A stretch of DNA of 64,000 nucleotides from the human T2T-CHM13v2.0 reference genome, Homo sapiens, in the NCBI GenBank assembly GCA_009914755.4, contig CP068257.2, positions 17,120,001-17,184,000 on the forward strand. Reading direction: 5' to 3'. The position numbers and the translations under genes were made by a program. Numbering within the stretch: the first letter of the stretch is position 1; every line of letters starts with the position of its first letter. Below, piece after piece: positions 13,230 to 29,123 of this stretch. The notes below the pieces were generated by a model. That model saw only the letters and a list, made by a program, of their open reading frames with translations. It ran no database searches and was not told the origin of the DNA.

Positions 13230-13680
13230 TTTTCCTGTTCTGTCTTGCTGGGGAGGCGAGTCATTCCTATGTCCAGCATGTCCACACTGTTTATGCTACC
13301 CACCCATTATTCTCTTGGAAGCCATCTTGGTGATCAGATCAACTGATATGCCAGTGCTTGTGTTCAAGTCACCCTTATTTTACTTACTAATGCCCCTAAA
13401 CACAAGAGTAGTGAGGCCAGCATCTGGATATGTCAAAGAGAAGCCCTAAAGTGCTTTCTTTAAGTGAAAAGGTGGAAGTTCTTAACTTAATAAGAAAAGA
13501 AAAAAATTGTATGCAGAGGTTGCTAGCACCTGTGGTAAGAACAAATCTTTTATCCCTGAAACTGTGAAGAAGGAAAAATAAATGAGTGCATAGTATATAT
13601 ATGGTTCAGTACTATCCTTAGTTTCAGGCATCCACTGGAGGTCTTGGAACATATATAAATAAGGGGACACTACTATCTAT
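13230..13680 (+). mobile_element. Tigger1 (pogo-like DNA transposon) fragment, internally deleted: transposase N-terminal CENP-B-like region joined to the 3' terminal region
   Basis: Translation ...KVLSLSEKVEVLNLIRKEKKLYAEVASTCGKNKSFIPETVKKEK matches the Tigger1 transposase N-terminus; segment ends gtttcaggcatccactggaggtcttggaacatat..aaggggacactact, the conserved Tigger subterminal motif; 5' TIR not present (5'-truncated). Confidence 0.65.
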
Positions 13681-14299
13681 GTATGTACTGGTGTGCACAC
13701 ACAGTCAGCAATTGTTTTAAGGGTTGTTTACTTTAAATTGCAATAATAATCTGTTGTAATAACGTTACATGATCCACTAAATCATGTTACACAGAAATTA
13801 GCAAAAAACATTTTGAACTGCTTACTATATTAGTTTTTAATTATTATTCCAAAGATACAATATTTAAGATGACAGTTTTATTGAATAATGATAGAAATGC
13901 TAATGGCATTCCATAAAGTTTATATTAGAGCAGTATATTTTAATTTATTGATCTTTCTTATTTCTAGCAATCTACTCCCTCCCAATTCTTTTAATTTTAT
14001 ACATCAATCAAGATGACAAGATTGGTAGGCATATAGACAAAATATCTATAGGCACTTTCTAAGGTACTGGAAGTTATAGCACATCATGTGTTAACAAAAA
14101 CAACTTTTTAAAAACTCTTCTATAGCTTCACATATAATCGCAAGGCATGTGAACTTTAAGAAATCTTATGATGTGATGATAGTGACAGGAGGCACACAAA
14201 TTCCTAGGCATATAGGGACAGGCCCCCAGTGAAACCCAACTTTCAAGGCAAAAACAGTGGAAAACCTAAAAACCAAGCTACAAGTCTAGAAAAAAATCC

Positions 14300-14700
14300 A
14301 TGGACTGAACTGAGAACCTCTCTTCCCATTTGGTGCATTTTCCTCTGATTGATCCCCTCCCTTCACCGATTTTACATATACCTACCCTTCCCTAATTGAT
14401 TTTCTACATTGCCATGCCCATCTTTGAGTGGTACATTTTTTTAGCCATTTTTGCTTACTCACAAACCAATCACCATGCACTCCCCCATTCAGAGCCCATA
14501 AAAACCCTGGACTCAGCCACACTTAGGGGACTACCTGCCTTCAGGTGGAGGACCACCTGTCTTCAGCTAGGGTACTGCCACTTTAGCTCCCCTCTCTACT
14601 GAGAGCTGTTCTGTGGCTCAATAAAACTCTTTGCCTTGCTGACCCTCCAGTTGTCCACGTAAATTCATTCTTCTTGGATACAGGACAAAAACTCAGGACC
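14300..14700 (+). mobile_element. Solo retroviral-type LTR (same unclassified family as 4370-4790) with TATA-like cccataaaaaccc and AATAAA polyA signal
   Basis: gagcccataaaaaccctggactcagcc ... gctcccctctctactgagagctgttctgtggctcaataaaactctttgccttgctgaccc. Confidence 0.45.
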
Positions 14701-17700
14701 CACAGGTGTGAAAAGGGCTATAACACTATAACCCTCCCTCCTGCTCCTGGAGCAATGGGAGGCCTGAGCAGGGGCACTGCTGGCAGCAGAGGTCTCCAGC
14801 TGGTGAAGCAGCCCCCCAAAAATCCTCCATTACTGATGTTTCTTAAAAGAGATTATTTGTGATCCTGACACTCCAAAAATTACCCGGGTCTGTCCATATT
14901 TATTGATGCAATTTTATGCACAAATAACTTTCAGCCGTTTGGACTTAAAAAGTAAAACTAGGCTTTGTGAAAGCCTTGTTTCCATGGATAGAAAAATACT
15001 TAACTCCTATGGTTAGAATTGCCTTGAGCTACAAGTGTTAATTAATCATAATCAACAGTGTTTCAGTGATGATGTATCACCAGTTATTTCTAAAAATAAC
15101 AAAAAAATACACCAATAATATTTACCAGATGGGAACTAACTTTAATGATTGACTGGATTGGGGGTCCAAGCTCAAGAGCAATAAGTAGTATAGTCAGTCA
15201 TACATAACCATTTTGTTCAAACTTCCTGCTTACCCTTGCAATGATAATTTACCTAATATAATTATAAAAGTTGATGACTGATGGCTGTAATAAAAAATCA
15301 ATCTTTGAAGTAGAGAATAATGACAAAGTTTCCAAGTTCTGTGATGAAAGTACTTAGAAAGAATGTACAGTGACTCCATACATTCTGTTATCCATTAATA
15401 GCTCCTTGTTTTGACCTTAAACATGTCTCTCTTTGTCACATAACAATGCTGATGAAATCCACTTCATCACACAGACTCACAAACTTGGCCTTGTTCAACT
15501 TTTCCCTTTTCTTCTACTCAGACATTTATTCAGTTATCTAGGTTGGTTATTTTTAACTATGGAATGTTCTAAATCAGTTTTTCTTTCCTAGCTTATTATG
15601 ATTCCCTAATTTAAATTCCTCTTTGTCACCATTAGGAATATTGTAATAATCCCTTAACTTCCCTTCCAGATACCAGTATTTCTAGTCTTTGTTACCAATA
15701 ATTCCCATCTTTTTGGTCTCAGGACTCATTTATAATCTTATAAGCTATTAAAGACCTCAAAGAGCTTTTTAAATGTAGATTCCACCCACTGATATATGCT
15801 GCATTAGAGAGAATAACTAAGAAATATCTATTTATATTAATTTATCTTAAAATAGACATTAAAATTCCATTACATATAAACATGATATCATATTTTTATA
15901 AAATAACTATATGTTTAATACAAAACATGAGGAGAAGAGAGGTATTACTTAAACATTTTTACTTAGAGGAAAAATGGATTCTCATATATGCTTCTGTGTT
16001 CCACTTAAGGATATCATGTATGGCTCTACACAAATACCTAGTTTGAAAAGCTGTTTTTCCTTTTTAATATCCTTTTCAGATTACTGTCAATATTCTTCTT
16101 TGATATAACATCAAAACTCAATAAGTGGTAGTTTGCTAATAATTATTTGCAATGTGGAATTAGAAAGCAGATCAACAAACGTTTACCCTCTTACATTAGG
16201 ATCTGTTGATACATCTGTGCTTTGACTCTTACCTGCCTGTGAATTTGCTGCATTATACATGGGTATTTAGAAAATGCTGGTTCCCTGAGTTGTGTAGATA
16301 TCCCAAATATTGAAATGTTTCATTATACAATATCAAAATCAGGTTCATTTTTATTAAGTTCAATAACAATATGATCAGAAAAGTATTAAGTATGAGAAAT
16401 GTCATGTTCTTGGTGGTGAATACTAATTTTCCAATTTTTTTTACTTGAAAGCTCAAATGTTATTATTAGCAACAAATACTTTAAGTTGTTTACTTCAAAG
16501 TTACAGTATCACTTATTTTTGAGGAAGTGTTCTTCAGAATGGCCGTATTTGAACTATCATAGTTTGTCAGTCGTTCTTTCTAGTAAAGGGTATTTTATAA
16601 AAACAGTAAAGTGTCAGGAGTCCCCAAGATTACCCCTAAGTTTGTGATTTACAGAAATTAGCATATAGTCATATTCAATGCTAAGATGCATTCCAGCAAA
16701 AGGAAACAAAGCAAAGTCAGCCAAGGGGGAAGGCTCAAGAAGCAAAATCTGGAGGAGACCAGGCAAAAGCTGCCAGGATGTACTTAAGTCCTCCAGTAAT
16801 GAGCTGTGACATGTGGGAAGTGTTGTCTACCAGAAAAGCTCATTCAGTCTCAACACCCGAGGTTTTTATTGGGAGCTGGTTATGTAGGCAACTTCTGCCT
16901 AGCATGTATCAAAATTCCGGATGCCCAGAGTGAAATCAAGAGTACAGCATAAATCACATTGTTTGTACAAAGATTTGGGGAATGGTGGGAACATAGACTA
17001 AATTCAAGTTCCCAGATGGCATCCAAGGGCCAGCATTGCAAGCAGACCTTTCTAAGGAAAAGTAGTCAGATCTGCCGTATGTATTATTGCTTTCCTGCAC
17101 AAGCAGCTAATCCATCTTACAACTAAAAAGTTATATACAGGTGCTTTTTCTCAATACAACAGTGATATATTGGTCTGCACCCTGTACTTTACACATACTT
17201 CTCATTTTGTGACACGTGACATTCAAAGATGTGTACCCAAAGTTGAGATTAAATAAAATTAATAATTTATTTCTGCTGCTTTTAGGAACTTTTCAGGTAA
17301 AATGGCAGCTTTTGTTTCTGTTTTTTCCTACTAAGCATTTATAATGAGGAAGAATATAATGGCTACTCATATAATTTAGTGCAACCACTTTGATTCATGT
17401 TAAGGCACAAGCAGTTTTATTCATCATTGCTTTTGCAACATTACTGCAAATATTAACACAGTGAAAAAGGCAAGAAACATCTTACAGTAATTTTGACCTT
17501 GCAGATCCTTTGAAAGTTTTCAGATACTCACAAGTCTACAGTCCACAATTTGGGAACTGTTGTTCTACACTATAGGTACAATTATCTCTGTGAAATACTA
17601 ATCTGATATCTTTCCTTCCATTGTTTAACAAACATTATGACTCTAGTCTCTATGGAATAATAACCAGGCATTGTATTGAATTCTTAACAAATGCTGACTT

Positions 17701-17922
17701 TAACTGGCCCTTTCAAGATAAATTGTCCCCTATTTCTGCAAAGCCGTGCCTGCTAATCATTCCATAAGCATAGTGGTCTCTCTTCTTAGAATGGTATCCA
17801 CTATTTATAGATTCTTATTTATCAGTATTCACATTGATTTATTTAATGTTATCTCCATCTAGGCCCAATGGAAATGTAATCAAAATTATCCGTAAAGAAC
17901 TATTTCCCTAGCTTATTAATAG

Positions 17923-18180
<258 letters not shown>

Positions 18181-19594
18181 TATTTTGTTTTATTTCTTTA
18201 TTCCCCTATTTCCAAAGATAGCTTGGCACCCTTAAATTTCTCAAGATTTTCTCAAATGTAAGATGACAGAAATCACAACCATTATATTACCTTCTAAGCT
18301 TTACCTTCCTCTTGGTGGTCCCAAACTTCATGTGTAATGCCATGACCATTTAAGCAGTCATATAAATCAGACAACTGAAATCCACTTTACCCCACAATTC
18401 TTTGCAAATCTCCACCTGTTTGACCTTCTTACCATGTCTTTGATCTACCCACTTTTCTCTTTTCACCACCATTCTGTTCTATACATTGTCATAATCTCCC
18501 ATTTGAACTACTACAGTAACCTCTTAGTTCTTTCCAAACATCTCTCCTTGCCCTCACCTTCAAGCACTCCTTTGAAAGCTTATATCATAGAGATATATTT
18601 AAAATGAACAATATGTTCAAATTCACCTCATCCCCGTACCCACACCTTGCTTAAAACTTCAAAGTAGCTTACCATTGATCCTTAGTATAAATATAAAAAG
18701 CTTTCAATATAAATATAAAAGTCCTTAACATGAATATAAAGTTCTCTTGCTCTGATCACTGTCTACTTACAACAAGATTTTGTGTTCAGTTTTACCTTGC
18801 CCTCTGTATCCCATTGTCCCATTGGCTTGCCCAGGTTTTCGATTTGTTCCTCAATTACATCATGTTTCCTCCTACACAAAGCCTGAACATGTGCTGTCTA
18901 GAAATTATTTCTAATTTTATCCGCATCATTCTCCTATACATTGTTAAAAATATTCTTCATTTTGATCTCTGGTTAATAATAACTAACTCAAATATTTGAA
19001 TAATGCAATTTTCCCCTTCCCCGCTCTCACAATTTTTGGTAGCACTTCTTCAATGTGAGTTTTTTTACTTCACTTGTAAGATTTGTTGATTAATATCTAT
19101 TTTCCCAACTGAATTTTTATATCCATGAGTTCAAAGTGCTTGTCTGATTTTGCCTCCAGTGTTACCAAAAACTCATATTATAATACCTGTCTCACAGTAA
19201 GTGCTGAAAAATATTTGTCAAAATTATAAGTAATGATAAAGCTACAGTAAAGAAGACAATGTGTTATTGGTGGAAGAATAGACAAAAGTTTATTGGAACA
19301 AAATGGAGAATCCAAGAATAAACTCACATAAATTGAGTCAACTAATCTTAGAAAAAGAGAAGAGGTAAAATTGTCAGAAATGTTGGAATCAGAGTGACTC
19401 CATATTGAGTGAGGGCTAGGAAAATGAGGCTGAGACTCGCTGGGCTGCATTCCCAGAAACTTAGATATTTCTAGCCTCTAGATGTTTATGGTTCAGGGAG
19501 AAGATTGATAACGTTTACTAAACAGAGTGTCCAGATATCCCGATATCTTGAGAACAGAAGCATTCCTAATTTTGCTTTAGAGATAATAATATCA

Positions 19595-19987
<393 letters not shown>

Positions 19988-20529
19988 TTATTACAAACCC
20001 TTGTAGCAAAGCACATCTCCCCATGATCTTTTTTTGTTTGATATATAATCTAGTATTGTACTTAAGGTGGATGCGTTCCTCCTCTGACTTTGGGAATGCC
20101 CTACTCTGTCTATGGAGTAGCTGTACTTTCACGACTTGATGTTCTTAATAAACTTGCTTTTGCTTTGCACTGTGGACTCACCTGAATTCTTTCTTGCACG
20201 AGATACAAGAACCCTCTCTTGGGTTCTGGGTCAAGATGACTTTCCTGTAATCTTTCACCTTCCTCACAATCATGACGGAAGGTGAAAGGCACATCTTACA
20301 TGGCAGCAGGCAAGAAACAGAATTAAAACCAAGCAAAACTTCAACACATATTAGCAACAGTGCATCAAAATGAAACTTTCTTAAAGTTCATTTACTGTTA
20401 CGTAGCATGCAATTATACAATATTTCCTATGTATCCAAAATGTCACTGGCTTCTGCTCCCACTGGATTGATTAAATATATTTAACATATATATAAAATAT
20501 GTATAGTTTACATACATATAAATATATAG

Positions 20530-20955
20530 TAGATGCTTGAAGAACACAGGTTTGAATTGCACAGGTACCATTATGTGTGATTTTTTTTCTCTGCCATCCC
20601 TGAGTCACCAAGATAAATCCTTCCTTTTCCTCCTCCTCTTCAGACTAATCACAATGAGGATGAATACCTTTAGGGTGATTCCCTTTAATTTAGTGAACAG
20701 TAAGTATATTTTCTCTTGCTTATGATTGTCTTAATAACATTTTCTTTTCTCTAGCTTACTTTATTATAAGAATACAGTATACAATACATATAACATATAA
20801 AATATTTGTTAATATGCTGTTTATAGTATAGGTTAGGCTTCTGGTCAATGATAGGCTATTAATAGTGAAGTTTGGGAGGACTTAAAAGTTACATGCATAT
20901 TTTTGATGGTGTGGAGGTCAGCATGTTCACCCATGTTGTTCAAGGGTCAACTACA
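20530..20955 (+). mobile_element. Tigger2/MER28-like non-autonomous DNA transposon (MITE-like) with terminal inverted repeats
   Basis: 5' end cttgaagaacacaggtttgaattgcacagg and 3' end cccatgttgttcaagggtcaactac are inverted copies (consensus cagttgacccttgaacaacacgggtttgaactgcgcggg / ..cccgcgttgttcaagggtcaactg); internal ttatgattgtcttaataacattttcttttctctagcttactttattataagaatacagtatacaatacatataacatataaaatatttgttaat matches the Tigger-family core. Confidence 0.65.
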
Positions 20956-23214
20956 AACCTGATAGCCCTTTGTGGATACTTGCTTCTACTTAGCCCATTG
21001 TATCATGTCCTTGTGGTGATTGTGCTCATTCATTATGAGAATTTCTTCAGCTTGAAGAACACCTGTTTCTGAATCTTCTCTGAGCTTTAGAAATATTAGC
21101 AAGGGAGGGAACTTAGATGGTTCTGTCCCTGATCTAACTTTCATTACGAAGTTCTGGATCAGAGAGTTCCTCTCTGGAGGATTACGCGTCACTTAACCGA
21201 TCATTGCTTCCGCAATCACAGACTCACCAAGGACAGTCATTATACTTCCTTCTGGAGTAATATCCCTTCTCCATTAAGATTCGACTTCTGCCCTGGAGAC
21301 TGAGGAACTAGTAATCCTGTCTCAAGATTGGGCGATTAACTTCAAATTGCTTTTCAACACTAGGTTGAAATAGTCTTCCCTGAGAACCTTCTCTTTATTT
21401 GCTCAGAGGTTGATAAGACATTCTAGCTGTTCCCTAATATATTTTCATAAAGCAAGCATAAGTGATATCAAATCATTATCTCAGGGTCACATACTGGTTA
21501 ATGTCCTCCATATCCTGTTAATTTAAGGTGAAAGTGAATTTTATGTCTGGAAACTGTTGTATGTCTTTGGTATCTTCCTTCTGCAGTGTGTCTGAATTGT
21601 AAGGTCAGAACTTAGGTCATTGAACTTGTTATATAAGGCCACCAAAGAATAGTAATTAAAAAAAACTAGCAGTTATCTTATTTGTAAAAGAAGACAGCTT
21701 GGTTGATGATATTTTTGTACCATTGACATCTAGAGTTTGAATATATGTGTTAAATTTGCTGCTACTGCAGCACTTGACCCTATTCACTAGGTGATGTCAA
21801 TTTTCTGATTCTAATACTATTGCTGACTTGAGGGGGAAGGTTGACTATTTCCATACAGTTTGACCTGTGATGATTTTAAATTGGAAACAGTGAGTAAGAC
21901 TAAAATCATGGGGGAATACTTTTTTTCTAATATTCTCTAGTAGTCATACGTAAATATAATAGTTCTAATGATTTAGTCAAAACCTAATTAATGTCAGTAA
22001 TGGAGAACAAATGTAACTAATAATGCAATCTTATAGACAGTATTATTTTAAGCTTCACTGTACATATGGATTTCTCTTTATGTGCCTATAGTCATATGTT
22101 TAAAAGCTTTATATTTATAAAAAAGTGATGACTTAATGTCAAGTTAAAACATAATATTTGAGCAATACTTCACTATTCCCATCTCATCAAACATGTACTT
22201 TTTCCTCTGGCTCTCCACATCCATTATGGCTCTCTTGACTTTTTTTCCTTTGTCAAATTCATTGTTATTATACTAATTATTATTATGACATAGCTTCCTT
22301 GATATGTTCTTGTCTGTTACCTCTCATCTAATTTGATCTATATATTTACCAAATTAATGCTTGGTACTTCTTAGTATTATAACCTTTATCAAGCCTCTTC
22401 ACCACTCAGCATAGATATATATGTACACATAAAAACACACATACAGTGGCTTTTCATTTCTTGTTAATTTCAAATTCTTCATACTCTTACTAACTCTCTG
22501 ATATAAACATTCCCTTCACATTCCTTATGTGATAAACACACACCCACTGTGATAAACGAGCAAAGTTTAAAGACCTCTTATCTTTGTTTTTCTGGTACAC
22601 AAACCTCTGTTTTAATTTATTACTTTGTCCTGGAATGCTTTTCCCTGAATTTTGAAGGGCAAATTCAATACAGGTATTACCTTGGGAAAGACCCCAAGAG
22701 CTATTGTTCCTTTTTGAGACATTCATAGAACTTTTAGTTCTATGCTTTAATGCCATTTATATTCTATTTTGTAATTTAATTATTATTTTGTGTATTAAAA
22801 TCATCTTTTTTACTTGATTACCATTGTAGAAAAGTTTTTATTTTCTTATAATTTTGTAGTACTGTGCACAGTCTTCTATAATAAATAAGACTTATTTGTT
22901 AAAAGTCCCTTGAACAATGAGTGAAATAATTCTCTTTAGTTAAAAGGCAGACTATATTTCTTTATATTGTAAGAAAATGGAATCCTCTTACAAAGAGAAT
23001 GTCTGAAGGAGGCCACTGATTTTTATTTCTTTGAGATATTATTTTACCCAAAATTTCAGTACAGTTTTGCCAACAGTAACTCTAAAAGCATCTTCTAATG
23101 TTGGTCTCTTTATTATCTCCAGTTCCAAAATGGTATCATTCTTTGATAAACACAGATTTTGAGAAACAAAACATTTGAATGTGGAGATGGAGAAAGACAG
23201 AGTGTTCAAGGAAT

Positions 23215-23586
23215 ATATATTAATCCGTTCTCACACTGCTAATGAAGACATACCCAAGACTGGGTAATATAAAGGAAAGAGGTTTAATTGACTCACAGTT
23301 CTGCATGGCTGTGGAGGCCTCAGGAAACTTACAATCATGGTGGAAGGGAAAGTAAACATGTCCTTCGTCAGAAGGTGGCAGGAGATAGAAGTGCCAAGCA
23401 AAAGGTAGAAAGTCCTTTATAAAACCATCAGATCTCGTGAGAACTCACTATCATGAGAACAACATGGGGGGAACCACCCCCATGATTCAACTACCACCCA
23501 TGGGGACCATCCCGTGACATGTGGGGATTATGGGAACCACAATTGAAGATGATAATTTGGTTAGGGACAAAGCCAAACCATATCAC
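23215..23586 (-). mobile_element. Solo MaLR LTR (THE1/MST-type), antisense
   Basis: attaatccgttctcacactgctaatgaagacatacccaagactgggtaatataaaggaaagaggtttaattgactcacagttctgcatggctg...ggttagggacaaagccaaaccatatca = reverse complement of the THE1-family LTR. Confidence 0.8.
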
Positions 23587-25250
23587 AATGTTCTTGGCTC
23601 AGTGAAGTATAAACCAAATTTATTTATTGTGATTTAGGATGTAGGGTTATATCCTAGGAAAAGAATACATAAACAATGTTTAATGTTTTATACAGTTGTC
23701 ATTGTTGGTATGAAAAAGAAACCTATCTTTTTTAAGTATTAAGGAGAGCAAGAAACTAATAATATTTTGCAGCTAGTAGCTCTGATTATCTGTGGAGACC
23801 TCAAAAATGGCAAAATGGCCTCTTAAAAAATTGATATTTATTAAGACTATATATTTGGTTGGTACAAAAGTCATTGTGATTTTTGCTAAACATCTGTTGT
23901 CACAGATCTCAAATTGCTTACTAGAAGTTATAAACAACATGAAATTATGCTATTTATTTATTATGCCAGGCTTCTCCAGAACACGCTAAGTAAAACTGGT
24001 ATAACTTTGATAATTTTAAGCTGGAATTTCTCAAATCTACTTAAGATTGCAATGATTCCTAAAACCATCTTTTTTTTTTCAAGAACAGTGCAGCCAGCCT
24101 CTGGGTTTATTTTATCAGATACAGATTCAGAATCAGCCTTCTTAGAGGCTGAATTGCCACATGCTACTGAATTAATTAAGACACTGACTTCAGTCTAAGA
24201 GCGTTGGATTCAGCGGAAGCACAAATGGCCCTGCGGCAGCTTTTCCCTGTGGCTATCATAGTTCTCCACTACGTTTCTATCTTTTGCATCGTATCAATAT
24301 TCCCATCCCTCTCAGAAGTGGATTAAAACTATCTCTTTGCAATAATGAAATTAAATCACCTAAGAAGTTTGCATCATTTTTGCTGAGAAGTGAAGGAGAA
24401 GCATTTGTTAGCACTAATCTGAAAGTTTCTAGTGATTTATTAACATTTTCTTTCTTTGAAAGTACGACTGAAAACTGAATGATAAATGATTTCTGAAGAT
24501 TGGAAATTCAGGCACAAGGCTTTTTCAGGGCTATTCCCAATAATACAAGGTAAAAAAAAAATCAAATTTCTTAACTTTTTAAAACCAATATCACATTTTC
24601 CAACATGATGCTACCATCTATTTTTTAAGACATCTTCCTACTCCAGGGCAGAAATATAATTGGAATAAATCTGCAAACATTCCAAGACTGCTGTATCAAG
24701 TCTGCAAGAATTCACCTCAAATTAGATAAAATACATGTAATTTGTGATGCCTCTGTTGCAAAAGCAAAAAGAAATATTCCGTGTCCCTAGGGTTGTCAAT
24801 TGTTACTGAATTTTGATTTATACAAATATAACCATAGCAGAACCACTTTGTCACCTAGTGGAAAATGGCTTTCCATGGTGTGAAATTCACTTAAATTTGG
24901 ATGCTTTTGTAACATCTAGCAATTATTGACTTTTCCAATTTTTGCAAGTGTATTTCTTTAAACACAAGTGGTCTTTTCTATCTTTCCTTGCCACTTAGAA
25001 TGGGAAAGGTGTTCAGCTTCAGATTTTCTGGTTATACTTTTTAAATATTTATTTTTTAATTGAAAAAGGAAATTTTATATAGTTATGATATATACATAAA
25101 TATGTATGTTTTGATACATGTTTATATTATGGATGGTGAAATCAAGCTAGTTAGCATATTTAGTACCTGACAACTATCATTTTATTTTTGTAATGAGAAC
25201 ATTTGAGATCTACTATGAGCAATCTTTAAATACACAATACATTGCTATTA

Positions 25251-25737
<487 letters not shown>

Positions 25738-27853
25738 TTATTATGCACTGTTTGTCTGATGATACTTAAACTGCATTTATCTACTGAGTAACAATTTCAT
25801 CAATAAACTGAAATGAAAAAGAAATTTAAAGCTGTGGCTGATAGTTCAGGAGTCATGACATTCCTTACTATCTTTATCACTGTGAATTTATCACTTTTAC
25901 TCATTAAAATTCTCTTAGACAAAGAAACACATATATATATGCATGCAAATCAAAGGAACTAAGTATGAAGAGCAAGGAAAAAACACTGCAGACTGGTTGG
26001 CTAGGCTTGAATTCTGGTAGCAGTCACATGCTTTTGGAAGACTTTGTAATTTTCATTATGTCTTAGTTACTTCATGTATCAAATGGAGAAGATAATAGTA
26101 CTTACCTGGTAGGGATGTGTAGAGAATTAAATATGTTAATGGATGTAAAGAGATTAGAATAGTTTATGGCACACAATAAGGGCATAATATGTGCTACCTA
26201 TTTCAATTTATATCACAGGGAATGAAACTCTAGAATATTTGGGTCTGCTCTCATTGACAGCACATTAGTCTAAATACCTGCAAGGCCGGTAACATGCTGA
26301 TAACTTTAATAATGTGTTTCTGTGAATCACAGAATATGCTGCATCGATTTGGCTGTAAGTTGTAATTCTCCTATTCTATCAAATTGTATACTTCACTGAG
26401 TGAACTCCTGTGTATTGGACCATGTATTAAATTGAGTGGGACAGGGTTAGGGGAAATATGTTTAACTTTCTTAACAAGTAAGTCACAAACCTGAAATCAT
26501 CCTTCACTTTATATTGTCTCTTTCCCCATATTAAAATTTTTACTAGATCTTATTGATTTTGCCTTCAAAATTTATTTTAAAATGTGTTTATTTCCATCTT
26601 TTTCTGAAGACCACATTATTTCTTGCTGGGAACAGATGTAAATATTTTCTCCATCTTAGAGTCTTCCTAAGTACAAACTGGATATCCATATTGCTGACAG
26701 AGTCATCTCTTTAATATCATAATCAAATCATTTTCTCTCCTTACATAGATGTATTCAGGAATTTCACATTGCTTTCCAAATAAACGTAAAAGCCTGTAAC
26801 ATTTCAAACAAAACCTTTATATTTTGGTCCTATAATTTTAGGCTTATCATCTGTCATGTTCCCAAATGTTTCCCCCTTTCTCTTAATGACCCATTCCTGG
26901 CTACTTTTTCTTCTACCTTCTTGTCCTTTGTGGATACTCTTAGCAGTAGCAGTAATAATTTTCATGTCTTACCTGTGGACACCATTATACTTGTACTTCG
27001 AGGCTCATATTTTTATTTTTAACCCTCTAGCTCAGAATGAGTTAGAGCTTTGATTTATATTTTTAAATCACTCTGCATATTAGTTCTTATTAGTTCTATT
27101 AGTTTCTATATTGTGAATGGGGGAAATTATTTACCAAAAAAAATCCATCATTCTTTTGAGGGCAAAGTTTGAATTTTGTCCTTAGAATCCCTAAGTTTAA
27201 CATAATCCATTGCACTAGGAGACAATCACTAAATGATTGTTGATCAAGGGACTCATTCAATTTTATATTATTAATACTTGATATCAGATTTAACCCCCTG
27301 TCTTATAGCTATCTGGGTTTTTCCTGAGTCAAGTGCCTAGGGTTTAAGAATATTAATTTTTCCACAGTCTTAACTTGCTGAGATTTTATGCTTTAAAATA
27401 CTTTCCCTAGATCAGTTTTCTATCTTAAGGTTTTAGAAATTGAATTTTCAGGTTTGAGCTGCTGTTCAGTTTCCCTCCTTCACGGATCTTGACCATTTCT
27501 TTTTTTTTCTAGGCTGAAATGTTTCTTCAGTCCTTAGGTTATAGCCATGAATGATTTCTTTGGGTAAGTACCCTATAGATACATCTAAGTGGTATTAATA
27601 AGAATTCAATATCCTAAGTTTGTGAGCACAAAAGTCATTGTTTAAAGCCTTTGAGAGGCTTTAATATTGAAAACATTGTAAAGCACAGAAGAACATACTG
27701 GAGAAATAAACATAATTATTAGAACTACATAGTTTTCTATGGGAAAAGAGTGACAACTTTGAATTTCTTATTTGTTATGCACTCCTAAGAATGACTTAAA
27801 TTTTTTTTGAATTGCTTACTAATTTTACTTTTGAATTAAAAATAGTTACTTTC

Positions 27854-29123
27854 ATTGTGGTTTTTATTTGCATTTCTCTGATGGCCAGTGATGATGAGCA
27901 TTTTTTCATGTGTTTTTTGGCTGCATAAATGTCTTCTTTTGAGAAGTGCCTGTTCATATCCTTCGCCCAATTGTTGATGGGGTTGTTTGTTTTTTTCTTG
28001 TAAATTTGTTTGAGTTCATTGTAGATTCTGGATATTAGCCCTTTGTCAGATGAGTAGGTTGCGAAAATTTTCTCCCATTTTGTAGGTTGCCTGTTCACTC
28101 TGATGATAGTTTCTTTTGCTGTGCAGAAGCTCTTTAGTTTAATTAGATCCCATTTGTCAATTTTGGCTTTTGTTGCCATTGCTTTTGGTGTTTTAGACAT
28201 GAAGTCCTTGCCCATGCCTATGTCCTGAATGGTATTGCCTAGGTTTTCTTCTAGGGTTTTTATGGTTTTAGGTCTAACATGTAAGTCTTTAATCCATCTT
28301 GAATTAATTTTTGTATAAGGTTTAAGGAAGGGATCCAGTTTCAGCTTTCTACATATGGCTAAACAGTTTTCCCAGCACCATTTGTTAAATAGGGAATCCT
28401 TTCCCCATTGCTTGTATCTCACACCAGTTAGAATGGTGATCATTAAAAAGCCAGGAAACAACAGGTGCTGGAGAGGATGTGGAGAAATAGGAACACTTTT
28501 ACACTGTTGGTGGGACTGTAAACTAGTTCAACCATTGTGGAAGTCAGTGTGGTGATTCCTCAGGGATCTAGAACTAGAAATACCATTTGACCCAGCCATC
28601 CCATTACTGGGTGTATACCCAAAGGATTATAAATCATGCTGCTATAAAGACACATGCACACATATGTTTATTGCGGCACTATTCACAATAGCAAAGACTT
28701 GGAACCAACCCAAATGTCTAACAACGATAGACTGGATTAAGAAAATGTAGCACATATACACCATGGAATACTATGCAGCCATAAAAAATGAAGAGTTCAT
28801 GTCCTTTTTAGGGACATGGATGAAACTGGAAACCATCATTCTCGCAAACTATCGCAAGGACTAAAAACCAAACACCGCATGTTCTCACTCATAGGTGGGA
28901 ACTGAACAATGAGAACACATGGACACAGGAAGGGGAACATCACACTCCAGGGACTGTTGTGGGGTGGGGGGAGTGGGGAGGGATAGCATTAGGGGATATA
29001 CCTAATGCTAAATGATGAGTTAATGGGTGCAGCACAGCAACATGGCACATGTATACATATGTACCAAACCTGCACATTGTGCACATGCATCCTAAAACTT
29101 AAAGTATGATAATAATAATAAAA
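27854..29123 (+). mobile_element. L1 (L1PA-type, young) 3' insertion with 5' inversion: antisense ORF2 segment 27854-28415 joined to sense ORF2 C-terminus + 3'UTR + A-rich tail 28416-29123
   Basis: 28416 onward: atctcacaccagttagaatggtgatcattaaaaagccaggaaacaacaggtgctggagaggatgtggagaaataggaacac...ctaaaacttaaagtatgataataataataaaa (sense L1 ORF2 end/3'UTR); 27854-28415 is the reverse complement of the immediately upstream ORF2 region (track ORFs 27796..28461(-) ...[34 protein letters not shown] and 28355..28555(+) ...[46 protein letters not shown] both L1 ORF2); about 7 bp (agatacc) missing at the inversion junction; flanking direct repeat AAAATAGTTACTTTC (27839-27853) / AAAAGTAGCTACTTTC (about 29120-29135). 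Confidence 0.9.

Noticed and set aside
23847-23888. Second MADE1/Hsmar1 copy
   Set aside because: Only one arm-like stretch (ggttggtacaaaagtcattgtgatttttgc, about 24/30 to the MADE1 arm) with no partner arm. It is too short and diverged to call confidently.
27796-28461. 221-aa ORF on the minus strand (longest in the track) as a possible gene
   Set aside because: It translates to L1 ORF2 reverse-transcriptase C-terminal sequence (..[34 protein letters not shown]) and lies in the inverted segment of a truncated L1. It is a TE remnant, not a host gene.
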